A stretch of DNA of 64,000 nt from Octopus vulgaris (lineage: Eukaryota), in NCBI GenBank assembly GCA_951406725.2, contig OX597830.1:48174001-48238000 (forward strand). Direction: 5' to 3'. Shown here in pieces: positions 54,540 through 64,000 of this stretch. The position numbers were made by a program, and so were the translations under genes. Below the pieces are notes generated by a model that searched no databases, was not told the DNA's origin, and worked only from the letters and a program-made list of their open reading frames with translations. Every line of letters begins with the position of its first letter. Within the stretch, counting starts at the first letter, position 1.

Positions 54540-57500
54540 AAGAGGTAAGTCTCTGACTTTAGCCATTTCAGACGAGTCCACCATAGTACCGATTTCGCTA
54601 CAGCCACTTAACAAATAAAAATTGCCTGCTCCTCTCAGCCAAAGGAGGGCGGCACTTCCGTACCTGTAAAGTATATCTCAAACAGGCAGCGCCCCTCGGT
54701 GGCACCGCAAGGCAAAGGACTTCTCGAACTTATTCATAGGCCTAGGCCAGAAAGTTGTCCGAAACAAACCATTTCGTTGATCTTCATCGACGCCAAGAGT
54801 TTCCCCGAGAACGTCGTCACAATATCCTTCCACTAGCCCTCTATAGAACGCTAGAGTGGAACTACACCAACCTCATCGTTCGCCTGGCGGTGGGCTGTGC
54901 CAAACATCCCCTCTTCGGTCTACGCTTAATCCAGTTTTGCAGCTCAGTCAAAGGGACAGTCTATGGAAAAATGTGCCTGACAAACTGTGACCACACCTGC
55001 TCACCATCAAGGAAACGCTGGAGATGCCGCAAACTCAATGAATGCCTGCGCATTAGTAACCACGGCATGCCCAGACCCCCATTCAATGACTGTTGACAGT
55101 AGATGGAGCGCCTGACCAGTGGACCGCGCCCCTTCCACAGAAAAGGGAAGAGTAAACGCACCAGGTTGGTCCACCAGCAAACGGGGCAAGGGACAACGGT
55201 CAAGTGGTAATAGATGACAGATGCGATGTACACATTCGCCACCTCCCTTCGACCGCTCTGAAGCAGCTCCCTATCGGCCCATTTCTGGGTGAGGTTGGCT
55301 ACCTTCCTCGTCACCCCGTCCCAGTTTTTCTCCACCTGGAAGTCTGGACCAAACCAAACTCCGAGCAATGCAAATTAATGTGATCGTCTCTTTCAGTTCG
55401 AACACCTTGCATCCGTTCTGGTCCATCAAAGACCGAATGGTGCCTTTATTGCCACTTTTCACCTCCTTCACGCGGGCCCATCATTTCGCTATCATTCCCT
55501 CTCCGCAGCTTTCGTATTTGGCGTCGAAAAATTGGTCGAGGATCAACCTCACCGCCAACACGTCGGTTGCGATGCATGTCCTAAGTGCTTCATCTAACTT
55601 TCTAACTATATCTCCCTCTATTCTATTTCGTCCTATCGTCAACGGCTTGCTAAACCTAATTAATTCTTCTCTAATTTGCCCTTTTAAAAGCATACCAACA
55701 GTTGTTGACGATTGCCCCCGACAACGTCCGCTTAACTAATTCGCTAATCCGGTCTCTGTAAGCTTGACACGCCGTGTTCGGCTTCCAGTAACCGGGACCG
55801 TGTCTATGAAGCCTATCCAAGTCGACTGTACAGAACACAAATTTGTGGTCTGTGTAGCTGACCATGTGAAATTGTGGACACCCGATGATATCATTGTCCG
55901 CTGGCTTACACAATACTTTATCTAGATACGATCTAGATAACCAGATGCGGTTTGTTCAAGTCCACATTGGTACATTCGGGTAATCTAGTCGGGACCCGGC
56001 AGACAATTGAAAACGTCTGAGTAGATTTTTGAGGTTTTTGCAACCCACCTCTCCTATAAGGTACTCCCATGCAATCGAAACATCCATTTAAGACAGCGTT
56101 CTAATCCTACTAGTACGAATGTCCGAGACGTACTCCAGACGCTTGAAGTAATCAGACCACCCTGCACCTGTCAAAGCATAGGCAGCCACCAGTCTGAAAT
56201 CCCAGCTGTCACTGATGTTGACATCTAGGACCACCAACTTACCTTCTGAATCCAGGAAAACTGCCCTTATATTCAAATACGGACCCTTCAAGAAAACCAC
56301 CACAGTTTTACTACTACACCACTCAGACACGTGGATAGAAAAATCTCCGTGGGTCGGATAATCTGGATTCACTAATGGCTGCAACATTTACAGTAAGTGA
56401 CCTCAGGTCATTTAAAAGGTGACGTTGTCTCCAAGGTGACCCGAGGCCCCTGGCCTCTATAAAACTATCCTGAGCATCACCAAGTTAAAATAAATTTAGA
56501 ATGGAGAAGAGCACCACTTACCACTGTCTCCTGGTATGATGGTACACTTCATGTGGGTGTTTCCCTAGCTTTTTATATATTCATTTTGTAAAAGACTTTT
56601 GGAGCTACCCCACAGCATCTGGAAATGTTGTTTTTATGGTGTCATTTTGTTGTGAGGTTTTTATATATCTGTATGCGTGGTGGTGGTGGTGGTGGTGGTG
56701 GTGGTGGTGGTTTGAGTTCTTTCATGGTGGTGTTTGTATTGTCTCTTGAGTACGTAATTAAATCTATTATTGCCTGTATCAACAGCTGTGAGGTTTGTGG
56801 TGCTAGTAGAATCTGTTTGTGGTGGAGTTGGTGGTTGAGGTGATAGCGCTGGTGTAGGTGGAGTTGGTGTTTGAGGTGACAGTGTTGGTGGAGGTGGAGT
56901 TGGTGTTTGAGGTGATAGCACCGGAGGAGGTGGTGTTGGTGTTTGAGGTGATAGCGCTGGAGGAGGTAGAGTTGGTGTTTGAGGTGATAGTGTAGGTGGA
57001 GGTGGAGTTGGAGTTTTAGGTGATAGTGCTGGTGGAGGTGGTGTTGTTGTTCTCGGCTGTTGTGTGTGGGTGTTGCCGCTGTTGGGACGTTCAGTGTCCT
57101 TGCGCCTCCCCACTTTTTTCCTCTACTGTCTCAGTAGATTTTTCTTTTTTTTCTTTTGGTGGGGGTGGGGAAACTGTTTGCCACTCCCCTCCCCTCTCGA
57201 CTTCATTACTCGAACAGTCCGAGTTGTTTTGGTCGGGAAGGAGGATTGACTCCGACTTTTGGTTTTGTTGGTATTCATTTGTTACTGCTGCTACTGCTAC
57301 AGTAGTTGGTGGTGATGGTGTTACTGCGACTGGGGGTAGTGGTACCCCGGCCGGTGGTGGGGGTACCTCGGTTGCTGCTGCTGCTGCTGTTGTTGCTGCT
57401 GTACTGGAGATGTCCCTGTTTCTGGTGTCGGTTGTAGCGTTCGTCGCATCTCCTTGTATTTTGGCTGTCGACGTTGATGTGCTGATTGTTTCCAAAAAGG

Positions 57501-58330
57501 TAGCACCTCGGCCTCCTGCTCTCCACAGCTACGCGTAGCCTCGGGCTCTTCGGTAAGTTTAAGGAGTCAGGGATAAACTTTAGGTCCTCTTGTTCAATTT
57601 GGACAAAGCGTTCCAACTCCTGACCCGTCCAATTTTGTCGGTGCAACTCATACACCTCCAGTATCGCGGCCGTATCCTCTATATCATAGAAGACAGAAGC
57701 CATCAGCCAACATATGATTATTTCAGGGGTACCCCCCTACCCGAGAATATTAATTTTGGTAACGTGCCGACCAAGACATGTCGGCACGACGATAAGGTCT
57801 TCTGAAAATATTGGCACTGTGGAATATTTTCTTGCTTCTTCCGTTGCGTAGCGCACTTCCACAGTACCGAACCATTTTCCACGTGTCACTTATGTTTTCT
57901 TCTTCCAAATTGGTTTCAGAATTAGTTCCAGTTATTCTTGTGTTGCTCGTTCCAATGACTTTTTTTGTTTGTTTATACATTTGTACGTAATGCTTCTTCT
58001 GTTTGTGTCCAGAACAATTTCTTTCGGGATATTTAGTGAGACATTATTACCTTGTCTCACTAATAGCCCCTTGAAATTTTTTAAATCCCCTAATGTGACG
58101 TCTATCATTGCTCTAGTTTGTTTCGCTGCAGAAGCGAAACTGTGTGTATTGGATTTGTCATTTGCGTTTGTGTTTGTATTTTCTTCGTTGTTTCTCTTGT
58201 TCATAGCGGTGGTGGCCTTGGCGGCGTTTAATTGACTATTTTCTTTTTCAGTGTTATTGGTGGTGCCGGTGCAGTTAGGGGTGTTGGTACTGTTATTTGT
58301 GCTGTTCAGAGGATAAATCGTTGAGGTACT
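54540..58330 (-). mobile_element. Decayed L1/Tx1-like LINE, copy C paralog
   Basis: Reverse complement of 30593-34270 (SYTDHK, GPGYWK, LGVWFG, GGLGMPWL). Confidence 0.75.
56822..57045. repeat. 36-bp minisatellite (6 units; reads PPPPxLSPQTPT on the minus strand)
   Basis: Six LSP-containing units in ORF 56661..57113, versus two at the paralogous site 31812-31890. Confidence 0.8.
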
Positions 58331-59126
58331 GACCGTAAGAAAAGGCTGTGAGCTGGCAGAAACGTTAGCACGCCGGGCGAAATGCTTTGCGGTATTTCGT
58401 CTGCCGTTACGTTGTGAGTTCAAATTCTGCCGAGGTCGACTTGCCTTTCATTCTTTCGTAGTCGATAAATTAAGTACCAGTTACGCACTGGGGTCGATGT
58501 AATCGATCTAATCTGTTTGCCTGTCCTTGTTCGTCCTCTCTCTGTTTAGCCCCTCGTGGGTAGTAAAGAAATAGGTATTTCTTCTGAGTGGCGGCGAGTT
58601 GGCAGAAACGTTAGCACGTCGGGCGAAATGCGTAACCGTATTTCGTCTGCGGTTACGTTCTGAGTTCAAATTCTGCCGAGGTCAACTTTGCCTTTCATCC
58701 TTTCGGGGTCGATTATCTAAGTACCAGCTACGCACTGGGGTTGATATAATCGACTTAATCCGTTTGTCTGTCCTTGTTTCTCCTCTCTGTGTTTAACCAC
58801 TTGTGAGTAGTAAAGAAATAGGTACTGACCGTCAGAACTCTTAACGGAAAAGAATCCCTTCTGTACACCAATAGGGGTTTAGAAGACAAAACCACTTACA
58901 TAACTGTCAACAACCTTCAAAAATACACAAGAAAAATTCCTTTACGTCGACAACAACAACAACAACAATAGCAATCTGTGTGGTAAGTAGCTTGCTTATC
59001 AGCCACATGGTTCCGGGTTCAGTCCCATTGCGTGGCATCTTAGGCAAGTGTCTACTGTTATAGCCCCAGCCCGCCAATGCCTTGTGAGGGGATTTGGTAG
59101 ACGGAAGCCTGTCGTATATATGTATG

Positions 59127-59169
<43 letters not shown>

Positions 59170-59365
59170 TTGTCCCCCTAGCATTGCTTGACAACCGATG
59201 CTGGTGTGTTTACGTCTCTGTCACTTAGCGGTTCGGCAAAAGAGAACCGATACAGTAAGTACTGGGCTTACAAAGAATAAGTCTTGGGGTCGATTTGCTC
59301 GACTAAAGGCGGTGCTTCAGCATGGCCGCAGTCAAGTGACTGAAACAGGTAAAAGAGTAAAAGAG

Positions 59366-59443
<78 letters not shown>

Positions 59444-59445
<2 letters not shown>

Positions 59446-60210
59446 CGGATCTACCAAGCCAATGTGATAAAAAATGCAGCTGACCCAAAATGCCGATTCT
59501 GTAACGATGAGATTGAAACAATAGACCACCTAATCTCACGTTGTAGAGTCATAGCACCTGCAGAATATAAAGCAAGACATGACAGAGTCGGCCAGTATTT
59601 ACATTGGACAATATGTCGGTATTATAAAATCAAAACCGCTGACAAATGGTATAAACACTATCCTGAAGCTGTGATTGAGGGTGAAATTGTGTCGATTCTA
59701 TGGGACTTACCCGTACAGACCGACAAGACTATAAAAGCTAATAAACTAGATATTATTATAAAAGATCAGACAAAAAAGATGTGTTTAGTAATTGGCATGA
59801 GTATCCCTTGCGATCACAATATAGCGGCGAAAGAATTTGACAAGATTAGTAAATATAAAGACCTGCTAATAGAAATTGAAAAAATGTGGCATCTCAAGGC
59901 GACTACAGTACCGGTGATTGTAGGATCTCTAGGAATGATAAAAAAAGGTACTGAAACCTATTTAAAAATGATTCCAGGCTTACCATCACTACAGGAAGTG
60001 CAAAAAATCGTATTAAGTGGAACGGCTCATGTACTGAGAAGAGCATTATCGCTGCGAAAACAACATCCATTCATGAATTTATTCAATTATTAGTTTTTAA
60101 ATACACATCTTATCTGTGAATTTGCGTGTGTAATCCGGAAATGCATACAATGAGCTTCTCTGCCCTAGGTGTATGGAAACGGAAGAAAATTTGAAGAATG
60201 AAGGAAAAAC
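59444..60210 (+). mobile_element. R4/Dong-like LINE 3' part, copy C (frame intact)
   Basis: ORF 59464..60093 is open through the zinc knuckle and RLE domain; (TAA)n flanks. Confidence 0.85.
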
Positions 60211-60219
60211 ATAATAATG

Positions 60220-60298
<79 letters not shown>

Positions 60299-60593
60299 TA
60301 GTAATAATAACGTTGTGGTTAATGAGGAGAGTAGACGTGATACTCAGGGTAATTAGTACAGATGGAAGTATCAGCACTCAACTAGCAACATGGCCGAAAA
60401 AGATCGGTGCAAGTGTGAAGGTAGAACGCCTACAAAAATCAGCATTGCTTGGAACTACAAGAATTCTTCGCGGGGTTCTTGAAGCATGACCAGTAAAGAA
60501 GTGTCACCTTAGTCCGCTGCTTGTGAAAAGCTGACACTTACCATCATACCCAGCAAAATAAGCTGTGAGTTTTCATATAACAACAACAACAAC

Positions 60594-60655
<62 letters not shown>

Positions 60656-62494
60656 CCTCTTATATCTGACCTTTCTTTTAAGGGCCGAACACAAAAAAAA
60701 GGGACAACACAACACAAAGGGACAAGTGGGATGCTGAACAATGCCGTGTATACAATAAGTAGCAGAAAATAAATAACAAAACAAAAATGAACAATAAAAA
60801 TTCCCCAAAAGGGGTTAACTCTTCACAGGGACAAACGCATACCCCCACACTACCTGGTTATTCCGACCGCCAGGGCAACTCAGTAGGCGCCTCTCTCCTC
60901 AACTCCTCCGGTTTACAAACGAATGTTCAGAGCAGGCCCGTTTACTCGGACCATCCTCACCACATACACCCACCTTTCATCAAATTTACTGGGGAGCAGA
61001 ACTTCCCTCTCTACCCTCACTTACATTTTTAAGTGGAACTTGAAAATGTCGATGAGGGTTTGGCCCAAGAGAAAAGCATCTGTCTTCAGTCCTCTCAGTC
61101 TCGTCCACCGCCTTCACCATAGCCACCAGATAGAGGAAAACTGTCTTTTCTTCCTGGCCAAAGGAAGGCAGCATCGGGGCGATCTTCACGATGGACTCAG
61201 ATGATAACCGGATCTGTCCTACACGCGATAACAACCGTTTGACAAAGCTGCACAAGTCAGTAATGCTAGGACACTGAATGAGTGCGTGCAGGACGGTTTC
61301 GTCGTTCTGCGCACACCTCGAACAAAGCAGACTGACAGCACTTTTGTGTCTGCAGAGATCGTTTGGAGCCGGCAGAACTCCCCGATAACACAGCCAGGCC
61401 ATAGAACTTTGGAAGTTATCCATACGATTCGGCCTGATAGTCCTCCGGAAAAGATCAGTTAGTTGATCCCTTCCGACGCCCAGAGTTTCCACAAGGACGA
61501 CGTGACTCTTACCCGCTACTAATCCCCTATAGAACTCCGCAGTGGAATTCCCTCTGACCGCGTTGCCCGACTGACAGGAAGCTGTGAGCGCTTGATGACA
61601 CTCCAGGTGCCACGCGTCCTTTCTGGGTCTACGTATGATTGAGTACTATAACTCCGTCAACGATATGAGCTGCAGACAATCCTACTTGACACACGGTGAC
61701 CACATCTGTTCACCGTTAAGAAAATGCTGGAGATATTGTAGCCTCAGCGCACATCTGTGCATCATTAGCCACGGCACGCCCGGTCCTCCACTCTGTGGCT
61801 GTTGATAGCAGATGAACCGTATGACGAGGGGAACACGTCCTTTTCACAGAAGGCGGGATATTAAGCGTTCTAGCTTGGTCAGCTACAAAGCAAGGCAATG
61901 GACGACTGTCAGGTGGTAATAAATGAGGGAAACTATGTACGCATTCGCCACCTCCACTCAACATTTCAGAGACAATTTCTTCTCTACCCATTTCTGGATG
62001 AGATTGGCTATCCTTGCTCGAGTGGTGGAGTCGGAGATTAGCAAAATCACGTGGGATTTCTTAATCAAACAGATCAAGTGCTAGAGCTAACAGACCGGAC
62101 ATAGTTGTGGTGGGCCGCATATGCTATATCATTGATGCTGCATACTCCTTTGAAGTCAAGAAGGAAGGCGATAAAATAAATATATACAACCCTCTTAAGT
62201 ACGAAAAACCTCGGTTATGGGAAATGAAGAAGGTGAAGATAGTCACAATTATTGCTGGATCCTTGGGGACATTTTCAGAAGGCACCATGAGAGGTATAAA
62301 AGACATCGGAAAAAGGGCACAGTAGAACTGTAACAAAAGGTTTGCCTCCTTGGCAAGGCCATAATAATCAGGTAAATATTCAGTGGTGAAGCGGAGTGGC
62401 TGCATGAAATCCAAGATACGTTAAGAAATATAGAAGCCCAAGAAGACATAATGATATGTACAGAAATGGAAAAAAAGCAATTAAGAAATTGACC

Positions 62495-63390
62495 CATAAT
62501 GGCAGAAGAGATCTCTTGAGCTCTGACACATTTGAATAGGAACGTGCAGAAACATTACTCTCTCAGATGCCCCAAATTGCAAAGTCCATGGGATTGACAT
62601 CTAGACTTAGGAGAGGCCATATTTTCTTGTCTCCAAAACCGTTGAAATGCTCTTTAAACCACCTCTGTCTCAAATTGAATGTATGGGCCGGAGCCCTGTC
62701 TAGAATGAAGGTGTAACGGTCACCAAAGGTTTCTGTGATCCAGGGTAACACTATCTCATCCAACATTTCCAAATAAACCTCACTGTTATCATTGACGCCC
62801 AGAATCGATGAAGAGCGATGGAGGCTTGGACCCATCTGATGCATCTGTAACCCACAGTGTGAGAGAAGCTGTCTTCTGATGGCGTATATGAACCCTGTTA
62901 CCGTCGGGCATGTCCCCTGCATTATGTGCATAAAGCCTGTCATTCTATTGGAAACTGCCTCCGCGGTGAATAGTTTCTATTCGGATCATATCAACACGCA
63001 TCATCTCAACTAACATAGTTTTAACCCTGTCGAGCCGTTTCTTCTTGGATGTTGTTGAAATTGACCGCTTGGATTGTTTCTTTTTTGCAGCAAGTTTTAA
63101 ATCCACTTTAAAAATCCTTTTCTTGCATCCTGCGGGGATTTCCGTTCATTCGTTTCTTCACAGCGTCAACATTTCAATTGTTCGCTTCCTACTAGGAATT
63201 GGCTTGCTAGAGGTTGTAGCGGACTCCATATATTGTTTCCAGGTATTGAACACTGTTTACGAAGCACATTCAACCGTTTTATTATGTCATCGTTGCTCAC
63301 TCTAGCTGCTCTCAAAGCGACAATCTGGTCATGTTTTGCGTTTGACGCCATATTTGCTTGTAAGACAGTTTTAGACGAACGAAACAATAG
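62495..63390 (-). mobile_element. maT (DD37D) transposase remnant, copy C
   Basis: ORF 62563..62943 ends in DRAPAHT..WPLLSLDVNPMDFAIWGI. Confidence 0.75.
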
Positions 63391-64000
63391 ACACATGAAC
63401 AAGAGAAAGAGAAAGAGAAGAAGAGGTATAGAAAGAGAGAGAGAGAGAGTTACTCAGGATTGTGGGCAATTCTGATTTGATCCAGTTTGAGGGTTTTCAT
63501 TCATTTGTGAGTAAGTTACCCTACTTTTTTCCCCATTTTCTTTGATTTATTTTTAAAAACAAAATCTGATTTACACATTCAGTTAAGCATCTTGTGTAAT
63601 TATTGTGCGTAATTTTAAAAACGCATATCATATTCTGTTTTATTATAAGATCCCTTTTCGTCTCCCTCACAAACTGATGTCATCCATACACAAATATTAC
63701 ACATCAGATATGCATTATTTTCTTCATCAAATATATTGAGAATATTCTCTGAGAGTCACATGACAAAACGGTCTTATAAAACTTTACATTTTCTCTTCCC
63801 TCTTCGGTAATCTTGTGTCTCAATCCGTTTCTAAATTTTCTGCTAAACACATCACTCAAAACTTTATTAGAATTTTAACTCTACAAACAAATATTTTTCA
63901 AGTCACGCTAATCTACATCGACCAGAGAAATCGCAGTCAATTTTCAAATGCTAACCGTATTGTCTCTCTTTGGACTAAAACATAGAATACAAGTCAAGGA

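Larger units (their letters stand above)
45458..64000 (-). repeat. Segmental duplication unit, copy C (inverted relative to B; 58195-64000 is a direct repeat of 1-5799)
   Basis: ORF pairs 40583+/48364-, 38691+/50221-, 30632-/57969+. Near-identical sequence at 1304/59464, 2583/60787 and 4842/63045. Confidence 0.95.

Overview
AT-rich, microsatellite- and transposon-dense eukaryotic DNA. The SINEs and simple repeats look like those of a coleoid cephalopod (Octopus); this is inferred, not database-confirmed. The window is built from three copies of one ~25-kb unit in alternating orientation: copy A (minus strand, 1-~15530, runs off the left edge), copy B (plus strand, ~18428-42972, complete) and copy C (minus strand, ~45458-64000, runs off the right edge). 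A and C are direct repeats offset by ~58.2 kb. Each unit carries an intron-containing gene that the ORF track only shows in pieces. In copy B six exons (24481-24526, 24592-24627, 25185-25442, 34622-34852, 39185-39280, 39782-39972), all joined by phase-1 GT..AG introns, splice to 858 nt (285 aa). The protein has a hydrophobic signal peptide and three PAN/apple-like cysteine domains. Between paralogs the signal exons are identical and the linker exon nearly so, but the PAN exons carry a large excess of amino-acid changes. The middle PAN exon differs at 29 of 76 codons and is about three times more diverged than the adjacent intron. This suggests a recently amplified, diversifying family of secreted recognition proteins of unknown function. 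The rest is mostly decayed TEs: R4/Dong-like, CR1/L2-like and L1/Tx1-like LINEs, a maT DD37D element, mariner, MITEs, Gypsy fragments and SINEs. All counts are by hand alignment.
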